A stretch of DNA of 64,000 bases from Octopus sinensis (Eukaryota): NCBI RefSeq assembly GCF_006345805.1, contig NC_043009.1, positions 37,758,001 to 37,822,000 on the forward strand, read 5' to 3'. A program made the translations under genes and the position numbers. Within the stretch, counting starts at the first letter, position 1. Every line of letters begins with the position of its first letter. Below the pieces are notes generated by a model, which did no database searches, had not been told where the DNA came from, and saw nothing but the letters and a program-made list of their open reading frames with translations. This document shows, one piece after another, positions 39,452 through 51,057 of the stretch.

Positions 39452-39524
39452 TATTAAAATTATAAATTAGGGTATCTACGAGATACCACCATGCTTGTAG
39501 ATACCCTAATTTATAATTTTAATA
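39452..39524. repeat. perfect 28-bp inverted repeat with 17-nt loop
   Basis: TATTAAAATTATAAATTAGGGTATCTAC / GTAGATACCCTAATTTATAATTTTAATA. Confidence 0.95.
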
Positions 39525-39602
39525 ATTATTACCTTTGATGGTTATTTTTTCCATGCTGACCACTCGATAAAATCATTATTTTATTTTTAAATTAATGATC
39601 TT

Positions 39603-39985
39603 CATCATCATCATCATCATCGTTTAACGTCCGCTTTCCATGCTGGCATGGGTATCCTTATTTATATATATATATGTCATCATCATCATTTAATGTCCGC
39701 TTTCCATGCTGGCATGGGTCGGACGATTTGACCGAGGACAGGCAAACCAGTTGCCTGCACCAGGCTCCAATCTGATCTGGCAGACTTTCTACAGCTGGAT
39801 GCCCTTCCTAATGCCAACCACTCCGAGAGTGTAGTGGGTGCTTTTTACATGCCACAGGGCCAGTCAGGCAGTACAGGCAATGGCCACGGCCACGCTCAAA
39901 TGGTGTTTTTACGTGCCACCTGCACAAGTGCCAATAAGGTGACGCTGGTAATGATCACGCTCGAATGGTGCTTTTTACGTGCCAT
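39603..39985 (-). mobile_element. SINE family B with duplicated tail
   Basis: Family core; CATCATC..GTCCGCTTTCCATGCTGGCATGGG occurs twice. Confidence 0.8.
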
Positions 39986-40419
39986 AGCTGTGTGGTTAAA
40001 AAGTTTGCTTCTCAACCTTGTGACTTCAGGTTTAGTCTCACAGTGTGACATTTGGGCAAATGTCTTATGCTATAGCTCAGAGCCTCATGTGTGCATCTGG
40101 CAGATGGAACTGAAAGAAGCCCATTGTGTATGTGTGTGTATACATAAATATATGTATGTATATTTATAAGTGTGTGTGTGTGTTACTGTCTCCTTTTCTT
40201 GACATTGTGTGACAGTTGTAAATGAGTGTCACTGTCATGCAAGTGGCGTCCTTCCTTTCCAATCTTCCATGAACACAATGTCTGGTCATGGGGAAATATT
40301 ACCCAACTTGAAAACAGATGAAGGTTGGTGACAGGAAGAGTATTTGGCCATAGGAAATCTGCCCCAACAAATTCTGCCTGACCCACGAAGACATGGAGAA
40401 GTGTATAGTAAATAATGAT

Positions 40420-40454
<35 letters not shown>

Positions 40455-40457
<3 letters not shown>

Positions 40458-40762
40458 GAGGTGCAATGGCCCAGTGGTTAGGGCAGTGGACTCATGGTCG
40501 GAGGATTGTGGTTTCGATACCCAGACCAGGCATTGTGTGTGTTTATTGAGCGAAAACACCTAAAAGCTCCACGAGGCTCCAGCAGGGAGTAGTGGCGACC
40601 CCTGTTGTACTCTTTTGCCACAACTTTCTCTCACTCTCTCTTCTTGTTTCTTGAGTAACGCTGCGATGGACTGGCGTTCTGTTCAGCTGGGGGGAACACA
40701 TATGCCACAGAAACTGGGAAACCAGGCCCATGAGCTTGGCTAGGCTTGATAAGGGCAACATT
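40455..40762 (+). mobile_element. SINE family C variant
   Basis: GGAGGTGCAATGGCCCAGTGGTTAGGG head. Confidence 0.8.
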
Positions 40763-41053
40763 TATCGTTTCATATATATATACACACAAAATCTGTCTCT
40801 CTCTGTATACATACACACAGGTTTGAATATGAGGCGGTGCAGAAAAGTTCCTAGCGTTGGGTAAAAGAAAATACAGGAAGATCAGTTAATTATGATTTTA
40901 TTCAAAGTTTACTGATCACTACAATTGTTTCGACCCATCTAGCATTGATACCTCATGGGTGGGATACTGAACATCTGGTCTAAGTGTATCCATTGGTGTG
41001 TGTGTGTGTGTGTGTGTGTGTACTATGGTTTTTTTTTTTGATTTTCATTAAAA

Positions 41054-41385
41054 CAGTGGTTTTCGACTGGGTTCCATACAAGATTTTGCAGGGTTCACAC
41101 AAGCGAAATAGTAAATCAGATTCACAATAGTATTTTATGGGTCCATGGAAAAGTTTTGCTTTAGATGTATTTACTGCAAGATACAGCTAGGTTTCTTTCT
41201 CTGATGTTTCACATTGTTCAATCTATACAAATGAATGCGTGATAGACAAAATAGGAATTATCAAGTAAGTATCTATAAAACTAGATTTTTAAACATTGAA
41301 TGGCTTTTGGGGTCCACCAGAATAAAGTAGTACTGAAAGAGGTTCTTAGATAAAGCAAAAAAAAAAAAATGGTTGAGAACCAGAG
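41054..41385. mobile_element. hAT-type MITE
   Basis: CAGTGGTTTTCGA ... TTGAGAACCAGAG ends; partial 8-bp TSD (CATTAaaa/CATTAgag). Confidence 0.55.
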
Positions 41386-41439
41386 CATTAGAGGATCAAA
41401 ATTTAATTATTCTTTGGAGAAAATGTAAAAGATATTTAC

Positions 41440-41651
41440 CATCAGAAGGATGAACTTTTTCTTATTATCTGCATACCATAAGAGTCCAGATTTCTTTAAA
41501 ATACGGAATTTGATACTAATTGTATTAGCCTTTAGAACACTACGTTTTTGACGGAATCTTGAGTTTGATTTTAGAAACTCGTCACGATAGTAAGTCTCTC
41601 GTCTACTAAATTCAACACGAGCTCCAGGTCCAAATGAAAATGGTTTCCATT
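41440..41651 (-). CDS. FAT4: Fat4 exon (start of LamG2)
   Basis: tttttcag|AA TGG...CTG ATG|gtaaat, 212 nt, phase 1/0; WKPFSFGPGA...ISIKFRILKKSGLLWYA; missed by the ORF track. Confidence 0.9.
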
Positions 41652-42329
41652 CTGAAAAAAGAAGAAAATATTTTGGTCAGCTTTTATTTAAAACTAGCTG
41701 AAAATTGCCAGGCAATTTTTACAATAGAATGTCTTGTATAAATTTTTATTTATTCTGAGAATGCCTTCCCTGACAGATAAGCCTCTTAATTTAGAACAGA
41801 TTTGTGTAATTTTTTGCCAAAAAACTTCCTTGAGGACTTTTTTCCTTTTTAAATTATTTACATGTCTGTTCGACCATTTTACATGACTTTATTCATTAAA
41901 ACTTCAGAAGTTTTTACAACTTTGGTTGTCGTAATGCTTTGCTCTGGTTTGTTTAATAAAAATTCCTCCTCCTAATGATTTTACTTTCATTTTGTGATAG
42001 ACAGCTATCATGTAGAAAATGCCAGCTTCCAAATCCTGTTCTCTGATTAGGTAAAATAGATTAAACTTTAAACTTCAGTAACATTTTTCTGGAACAAATA
42101 AATAACAAATTGGATTTAACGTGGAAAATTATTTCTACCAAATTTGGAAAATTTTGATGTAATTTTAAAATCTCAATATGTGACAGCAACAGGGAAGACC
42201 CTACAAAAGTTGAGAGACACAGTTATAGGACATGACACAAACTCATTTACAAATACACACACACAGAAAATCACGAGTTTAAAATGGTGCATAGTAGACA
42301 TATGTATGTGTGTGTGCGTGTCTGAGTGG

Positions 42330-43040
42330 AAGGAAGGTGTGGAGCATGTGAGCGTCGCTTTGAACATGACAGAGAAAGTTGAGCAGAGAATCTGTATCAA
42401 ATTTTGCCCAAAACTTGGCGATACCTCTTCAGAGGCCTACACAAAGTTTTCAAAAGGCTTTCATCGTTCTCGACACAATCAAGGAGATCCTGTGCAACTG
42501 AAACCAGAGTGTCTTTTTGGCCAACTGAAAGCAGTTTTGATACAAACTGGGCGGACACATATCTCATACCCAAATATTCAGTGATAATGGACTGAACTGA
42601 ACCATAACTAATCTGTACATCCTCTGATAACTCATGGATGGTGATTTGACAATTTCCCCTCATAGCTGCATGCACATCGATGATGTTTTTCTCAGTTCTG
42701 CTGATTGCAGGTTCCCCAGAACATTCGTCCAATATCGACATTTTTTCAGCCATCTTGGAAATGTCTGAACCACTCGTACACTCCTCTCCATACACTTTCT
42801 GCAACTTTGCATAGGCCTCTGAGTAGGTATCGCCATGACAACTTTCTCTGTTGTGGTCAATGCGATGATCACACGCTACACATCTTCCTTCCAAGCACTG
42901 CTGTAAACAAAGCTAGAATGTTAAAACTTAGTGTGTATGCATAGTAAGAGTTCAAGGTCAATCTGTGCCAAGCAGCTTCACTCTGCATGCTTTTAGTTTC
43001 TTTACTATGGCAACAGTTCGGATACTTATTGATCAGATCA
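42330..43040. mobile_element. two mariner transposase 5' fragments in opposite orientation
   Basis: +: EQRICIKFC..LGDTSSEAY; -: EAYAKLQKVYGEEC...ISYGSVQSIITEYLGMR; TIR-like TGATCTGATCAATAAGTATCCG on - near 43040. Confidence 0.75.
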
Positions 43041-43041
43041 C

Positions 43042-43044
43042 ATA

Positions 43045-43076
<32 letters not shown>

Positions 43077-43440
43077 CACACACACACACACATAAGTATA
43101 TATATATATACATAAGTATATATATATATGTGTGTGTGTGTGTATATATGTATACATACAAAATGTGTGTATACACATATATATACAAACATATTTATAT
43201 ATGTGTGTATATATATATATGTATACATACATAAATGTGTGTGTATATACATATTTATACATACATATTTTTATATATATATATGTATACATACATAAAT
43301 ATGTGTGTATATACATATTTTTATACATACATACATAAATGTGTGTGCGTATATACATATTATATATACATATAATATGTATGCATATTATATATACATA
43401 CATATTTATATATACATATATATATGTATATATATATAAA
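43042..43440. repeat. compound TA/TG/CA microsatellite
   Basis: Direct observation. Confidence 0.9.
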
Positions 43441-44323
43441 ATCCTACTATGCATTTAATGCTCTATGGAGTGTACTACCCCTTTATATTGATATTTGACT
43501 AAACTGTTAAACTATCTATCTACAGAGTTGTTATTCTGTTACCATTCCATTCATGAACCTTAATCTTTCACCTTTACTTTTCCCCAACAGTATTAAACTA
43601 TCAGCTACGACCTGATTATAAAACTTTGCGCCAACAACAAACACATCAGCCCATTCTAATTACATTTTTATACCACATCTCCAGTTAACAACCTAATATA
43701 CAAATATACAGACCCCTTCTCCCAAATCCACATTTACACCAAATGGCTGATAACAAATCCTACATAGTATCTTATTTCTTTGTATATGACCTACATCGTG
43801 TAGGAAGAGTGAACAACTGTAGTTATTTAACGAAATATTCAATCACATAATGTTTAAGACACACAGCTCCAATGTTCCAACCCACACCAAAGAAACGAAA
43901 CTACTAATTCTAAAACAAATTTATGACAAATCAAAACCTTTAAAAACACTACACTTAAAATGTCAATTCATGGCCAGCCTCTTGGATAGTTGACATTATA
44001 CTGGGTTTGGTTGCCTTTTGCAAAGCTTATTAACTTATTAAAAGTTTCATTAATAATCTTTGCAATATTTACGTTTTAGCTCATCTGACCCAGTTCAGTG
44101 TTTTCTAATTCTGATGTTGTATTCCTGCCTTTGAATAAATTGCTGGAGACACATGGCCTAGTGGTTAGAGCAGTGGACTCGCGGTTGAGGGATTGCGGGT
44201 TTGACTCTCAGACTGGTGGATGTGTGTGTTTATGAGCGGCTCCGGCAGAAGGTAATAGCGAACTTCTGCTGACTCTTTTGCCACAACTTTCTGTCACTCT
44301 TTCCTCCTGCATCTTGCAGTTCA

Positions 44324-44361
<38 letters not shown>

Positions 44362-44584
44362 ATGTGTGTTTGTGTTTTTGCATTTATATTTGTCTCCCGC
44401 TGCTCAACAACTATGTCATGTTGAAGTAAACAAACCAACAGCAGTGGTTTGGCAAATGAGACCAATAAGGTAACTACAAAATTTAAAAAGATCAATCCCT
44501 TGCGAGTAGATTTGGTAGAAACTTGACATACATACATGCATGTATATATATATCTGAAAATAATGAAAATGTGAAAAAACTTAC

Positions 44585-44889
44585 TCTCTTCACACATTTT
44601 GCCCATGTATTCTGGAGAACATTGGCACTTAAATGTAGTCCATTTATCAAGACAAATCCCACCATTTCTGCAGGGATTACTTTTACATGGTCCAGCAATA
44701 TTTTCTCGTAGACATTCCTTCTTTATTCCAGTAGATCTTCGTGGTTCAAGCTGAATCATATCCACCCCATTCACAATAAAACTGCGCATACATCCAATAA
44801 AATCATGTGATTGAACTTGATTGCTTCGAATTACATATTGTGCAGGAATTCCACCAATGTATAGATTACCACCATGAAGTTGTAAATTC
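44585..44889 (-). CDS. FAT4: Fat4 exon (end of LamG1 plus EGF)
   Basis: attacag|G AAT TTA...GAG A|gtaag, 305 nt, phase 2/1; LYIGG..DFIGCMR..CKSNPCRNGGIC. Confidence 0.93.
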
Positions 44890-44970
44890 CTGTAATGGTA
44901 GAAATATGAAATATATTTCAATAATGTGTGTGCAAATAACATAGTTTAATGATAACTATACTAATAAATG

Positions 44971-45026
44971 ATGGCCACAACTGAGTTTCATGTAAATTCA
45001 ACACCCTACATTCATCAGATAAGCAC
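44971..45026 (-). ncRNA. minimal type-I hammerhead ribozyme motif (sense to Fat4; weak stem I)
   Basis: CUGAUGA 45018-45012; stem II AUGUAGG/UUUACAU; GAAA-C-UCA-G-UU; stem I mostly G.U pairs. Confidence 0.55.
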
Positions 45027-45055
45027 AGTATGGAACTAAATTTAGATCCATAAAT

Positions 45056-45111
45056 ATGCCCATCTGATGAGTGTAGGACAACAAATTTACATGAAACTCA
45101 GTCATGGCCAT
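45056..45111 (+). ncRNA. minimal type-I hammerhead ribozyme motif (antisense to Fat4)
   Basis: CUGAUGA 45064-45070; stem II GUGUAGG/UUUACAU; GAAA-C-UCA-GUC; stem I AUGcCCAU/AUGGcCAU. Confidence 0.75.
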
Positions 45112-45488
45112 CACAAGAAATTTTGCTTGTACAGCTGACACTAAACTATATTATATACCTCACTATATTCATAGAGTTGATTGCTCTTTGCTTTGACTAA
45201 GAACCACAAATTATCATATATATATAAAGCAAATCTTAATTGAATGTAAAATGTGTTATTGATAAAAATATTGTATTGATAAAAACAAAATTTCTTAGAA
45301 TAAATAAACAACATTTATTGAAGCAAACACTACTCTTAATTATATTGATCCAGACTGCATTAGAAACAGGAGGAAAAATGGGGAACTTATATCAATTGTC
45401 ATGATGTCATGATTTTGTAACTGAGATATCAGATAGACTAGAAAAAATTTAACAAAATATAACAAGAAGAGGAAACTTATAGGCTTAC

Positions 45489-45586
45489 TCATATTTCAGT
45501 TCTCCTTGGTTTGAACATGTTTTGCTTTCATCACAACCACTGCATTGGTTATTTGAAGAACATTTATGAACTGATATATGGACATT
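45489..45586 (-). CDS. FAT4: Fat4 exon (LamG1, Cys-rich insert)
   Basis: cattgtag|AAT GTC...TAT GA|gtaagc, 98 nt, phase 0/2; bridges the phases of its neighbours; NVHISVHKC..QC.GC....C. Confidence 0.88.
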
Positions 45587-47418
45587 CTACAATGGAAACC
45601 AAAACAAAATATATTTTACTACTATATCTATTTAACCATCTACTATATGGTAGAAGAAATAGAAAAATAAACAATATGATTGATATTTTGAACCAGCTTT
45701 TAAAATTCCTACAGCTGTTTCAATAACAACCTTATAGATACAACTATTAAAAAAAACTACAGTAAGTTATACAACATAATTATCAATAATAGTTATATGA
45801 CATAATTTGTGATAACAAGCAATTGCTATTATAATCACAATATATAGAAGTTACATAAGAGCTGTCTCATTAGGAAGGTTTTAAAATACACACACACAAA
45901 ATGTATGTTTTACAACAAATTGCATAAGTATTTTCATCAACAGGTATATACCAAAGAAACTAGTCAGGTAACATCTCTTTTTATATAAAAAGGAACAGTC
46001 TATAATTTGTAAAAATTTATACTATTAATAAAAAGCATGTTCGACCTTATAAAGCAGAATTCCATGAAATACTATTTTCTAAACTTTAATGACTTAATTG
46101 ATACTTGGATTAGCCTCATATGGAAGCTATAGGAGTTTTAGAACATTGGAAATATAACAATTTAAAAAAATTTTCAAAGAAGTAATGGATAATTTAGCTC
46201 ATGCCCACATACTGACCGCAATTAGCCATTGTACTTAGTCTTACAGAAATAACAATCACAGCAGTTTGAGCAAAAAGATGTTAATAATAAAAATAATAAA
46301 ATCTCCCTTTATATTTAAAACAAATGGTATTAAAATGTAAACATGAAATGAATTGTACGTTTTAATATATTAGGAATAATCATTTTCATTCCCATAATAC
46401 TAAATTCTATGAATATTCTCAACAAATCATAAATGTACTGGTACTTTATACTTTCTTATAGTTGTTTTGTATTTTAGCTACCCTCACTGTTTTGAATCCT
46501 ATCAATCTTAGCTGTTTTGGATTTCAGCTACCCAAGCTGTTTTGCAATGATGCTTGCTAAGGAAATCTCAGTTCATCAATAAAATAGAATTGTCAAAATG
46601 TACGATGATGGTGATAATGTTCATGATTCAGAAAGCGAATAGTCTCATGGAGAGCATGGAAGACTAGGTGTCTTGTTGACCTATACACACAAAGATATGG
46701 TTACATCTGAATCCAAAAAGAAAAGGATAAAAAAAAATTACATTTCTATAATCAATTTAAAAAGAAATCTAAATACAAATATGACGTAAATGTTGCTAAA
46801 TTCTAATTATTTTGTTTCACAACCACATAGTTTTGGGTTCAATCACAATGAATAGCATCTTGAGCAAGTGGAATTTGTTGGGCAGTGAGAAGCATTGTGA
46901 ACACTTTGCATGACTAAAAATAAGGCCTGTCAAAGGACAGATGAGCTCATCCACATGAATGGTGTCTTGTAAAAGCATCCTGTGCATGGGCTGGCAAATT
47001 GTGCAAGTGGTCCCAGATCATGGCCATGGAAACTTGGATGAAAGACACACTGTGGTCTCGAGTTGGAGTCGATGTCCATGAGTGATGTGGCATAGAAAGA
47101 GAAGTGTATGTGCTTGTCTTGTCATTACACGCTTGCTGTAAGTGAGAATCACTGTCATACAAGCAGCATCATTCATTTCCAATAATTCTGCAACAACTTG
47201 TCTGGCCATGTGAAAATATTACCAAACTTGGAAATATATAGGTAAGAGCTGATGACAAGGAGGGCATCTGGATGTAGAAAATCTATTTCAATAAACTCTG
47301 TCTACTCCATGCAAGTATGTGAAGTGGGTATTGAAATGATGGTGATAAAATGATTTGAGACATTTTAATTAAAATATTATAACAGAGAGATAAATGGAAT
47401 AAAATGAAAATAACTTAC

Positions 47419-49157
47419 TCTGCGAATTCTCAACACTTCTACTTTATACCAATTGCCATCGTTAATTGTATATGGAATATAGAGATTGAGAACAGACGCA
47501 CTTCCAGTAGAGATAGACAGTCGAACCTGTCCATTGATAATTTCCAAAGCTATGAAACTCTCTACTGTTTGACTGAGGGAGGGATTGACTGGGTTGTAAA
47601 GTAGTAGTGCATTAGACATTTTTGTAGCAAGGTGTACAGTAATATTGTTGTAATTCTCGGCGATAGTTGGAAATTCCAGAAATGATAATTCTTCAAACCT
47701 GTAAGCTGACTTTGAACAAGATTGTCCCCATTTATTGTAAGGACATTGGCAGATAAATCCGTCACGGTTATTTTTACAGACACCTTCATTCTGACATGGG
47801 TTCGGTTGACAGTAATTAATTCCTGTCTCACAGTATATTCCTAAGAATCCTTTCTGGCAGACACACTTGAAAGAACCATCTGTATTTTCACAAGTACCAT
47901 GTTGGCAAGGGTTTTGTTTGCATTCATTGATATCTTTAGTACAAGTTGGACCAGTCCAGCCGGACAAACACTGGCAGTAAGATTTACTGTAGGATGAGAT
48001 AACACATGCACCACCATTGTGGCAATAGACATCTCCACATTGGGTTTCTTGGATCTGACAAAGTGTTCCTGTATAACCCACAGAACATTTGCAGATAAAG
48101 TCAGTTATGTTTGGTCCACTCATAATTTGTCTGTTGGTAGCTATAATATTCCAGTTACTACTGACCACTAATTGATCAACACATGAACCACCATTGTAGC
48201 AGGGGTTAACTGCACATAGTGAATAACCCAAAATTATATTGGTTGCTAAACCCTGCTGTAATTCATTCTTGTTTGCTGCAATCATTTCTTGTAGCAACTG
48301 TTTTGAGATGGGTTTTCCATTTCTGTCTAAAGTCATTATAAAAACATCAAGATCGTTACCAGTTTGCTTAATGCTAAAGATTTTACTTTCCCAATCAGAT
48401 TCCAGATTATTATTTAAATTCTTCAAAAACTTGGAATAGAGCTTTGTAAGAAACCTTTTTTCAGTCAAGTTTACTAACTTCACAGTCAAAGAATCCTTTA
48501 GTGTTTCATTAGTAAGAAAAGCAAAATTAACTGTAATATTGTAGACAACTTCTGAGTGAATACCATCATGCCCACTGATGGTAAGCCAATGGTCACTAGA
48601 TACAGGTTCACGGAGAACTTCTAAGTAACAGTGTTCAGTAATTTTGAAGATCTCAGCACTCATTTGAAGAATACGACACGAATAATCTCCAGTTATATCA
48701 TTGTCTAAAGGCTTCACATCCCCAACAAATTGAGTTGGTGACTGGTTTTGGAATAAACTTAACTGAATATTGAGTTTCCTTTGCCTCGAAGGACTGTCAT
48801 TGACATCTTGTACTAGAACAGTAAAAGACAAACTTGACGTCATTGTTGGTTTACCATTATCTGTCACAGTGACACTTACAGAGAATCTGGAAATTTTTTC
48901 ACGATCTAAAGCTGTGTTTGTTGTAACCAAACCTGTTTTGGATATTTTAACATATGACTTTGAATTTTTATCATCTTGGAAGAAATAGTAAGGGTCAGTG
49001 TTTGGCGGGAGGTCACAATCTTCAGTGAAATCTGCTAATGATATCACACTGGTTCCAATGGCTGCATTCTCTTTGACAAAAGCTGCCAATGAACCGTTAG
49101 AGAAAGTTGGGGAGCAGTCATTCACATCAAGAATGCGAATCTTTATAGTTGTTGTTC
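47419..49157 (-). CDS. FAT4: Fat4 exon: last cadherin repeats, EGF cluster, LamG1 start
   Basis: cttgtag|GA ACA...AGA|gtaagt, 1739 nt, phase 1/0; DVNDCSP, LDREK, CAVNPCYNGG, DINEC, INDGNWYKV. Confidence 0.96.
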
Positions 49158-49281
49158 CTACAAGAGAAATGAAATTATAAAGGTAAATAAACTTTTAAAC
49201 AAATGCCATTTTATAGTTTTACTTCAAATTTAAAAAAAAACAAAACTATCATTCGATATGTTATACAGAATTCAAATTTTA

Positions 49282-49345
49282 TATCTCTGAAGAGCAGAAG
49301 GATTTCATTATAGGGACAACTCTTCTGTGAAACGATCGTAAGATG
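49282..49345 (+). ncRNA. minimal type-I hammerhead ribozyme motif (antisense to Fat4)
   Basis: CUGAAGA 49287-49293; stem II GCAGAAG/CUUCUGU; GAA-ACGAUCGU-A palindromic helix III; stem I UAUCU/AGAUG. Confidence 0.75.
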
Positions 49346-49693
49346 CTTTAAATAATTAATTCAAAACTTTTAAACTGTCATATACATTATATATTTATAC
49401 GTATACATATTTTTATACATATTTATATTTATCTATTTATATATTTTTAATACAACAATTATTTTTCACACATGTATGTCTTTCTTAGGAGTTTTGATTT
49501 TGATTTCCTAATATTTATAATAATATATTATTAAAAAATACATATAAGTAAATAAACTGATAAAAAGAATGCGAAATTTTAGTACAAAATTTTAAAACTA
49601 CTATTCTCTTCATTGATATGAAATATTTCAAAAGATGTATACATATAACAATCTACAAGATTTAAATAGAAAATAAATTTGAAAAGAAGTTAC

Positions 49694-51057
49694 CTGTCTG
49701 AGGTGGTATCCCTTTATCAATGGCACCCACTTTTAGCTGGTACAAAGCCACTGATTCCCGATCAAGTTCGGATGAAACGGAGATTTGGCCTGATGTTGAA
49801 TCAATATAGAAGGCATTATGAAGATTTCCTGATAGAATTGTGTAATTGAATTGGTGATCTTTGCGATGTAGGTCATTGTCAAAAGCTTTTACCTTAATTA
49901 CAAATGTGCCAGGCTGAATGTCCTCCTTAAGGTCTTTAGTATAAAGTGGATGAAGAAATACAGGTGCATCATTAGCATCAGTTATAGTAATATGTACTAT
50001 GCACTGAACAGTATCGTTGCCTTTTACACTTCCCCAGTTTTTAGCCATAACATCCAAAGTAATATGAGATTGGGACTCATAGTCAGGTTTCCCAGACACT
50101 GTGATAACTCCGGAGAGAGGGTTTATTTTAAAACCTTTTAAATTACTTGAATCCATCAAAAAGTAATAGACGATTCCATCTGGTCCTGCATCTCTATCCG
50201 TAGCGAGGACAGCACCAACAGATGTCCCTTTTGAACTGACTCACTGATACTGAAATTATATTCATTTTGTATGAATATTGGGTTGTATTCATTGACACTA
50301 ACGAGATGGACATTAACAACAGTAACACTTTGCAAATTGGTTCCAGGGTTCTTAGCAAGAATATGAAGCGAATAGTTTTCTTTAGATTCATAGTCAAGGG
50401 ATGAAGTTGAATTTATGGTTTTAGCTTTGTGATCAATCATGAACTTAGATTGGGCTTGGTTATCTCCGACAATTTGATATTCAATGATGGCATAGCTACC
50501 AGAATCTGCATCAGTGGCTGATAGTTTGAAGACTGATGCACCAATGGGAGAATTTTCCCGGATATAAACATCATAAACATCTTTATCGAAGAGTGGAGGG
50601 TTATCATTAACATCTGTGACAAAGATGGTAAATATGATGGAAGTTTCTTTGTAATATAAGCCGTGGTCTCTTGCAGTAATATTCAGTCGATGTACAGATG
50701 ATGTATCATAATCGAGAGGTTTATTCACTGATAGGTTTCCATATTTTTCATTAATTGCAAACAAATTCTGAGGGTCACCACCGGTTATATAATAACTGAC
50801 TTCTTGGTTTGGTCCGTGATCATGATCTATAGCTTGAACTGTATCAAAAATGCCATTTACTGTAAAGTTCTCTGGAATTTGTTTCTCAAAAACAATTCTC
50901 AAGAATAAAGGAGGGTATTTGTTGATGTCTGTTACTTTCAAGTGTATGGTTGCTATGTCTGACGACTGTGGTGGACGTCCTTTATCAACTGCCTGCACTT
51001 TTAGCTGAAACTCTTTATCCATACTTTGACTGAGGCTAGCAGAAAGATGCACAGACC
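49694..51057 (-). CDS. FAT4: Fat4 exon, about 4 cadherin repeats; contains an apparent 1-nt deletion near 50230
   Basis: ctttatag|GG TCT...ACA G|gtaac; 1364 nt where phase 1/1 needs 1365; cadherin reading continues in the -1 frame (KGTSVGAVLATDRDAGPDG). Confidence 0.9.

Noticed and set aside
43440-43990. G-poor tract that could be a NUMT
   Set aside because: No recognisable mitochondrial gene in my translations; unresolved without a search
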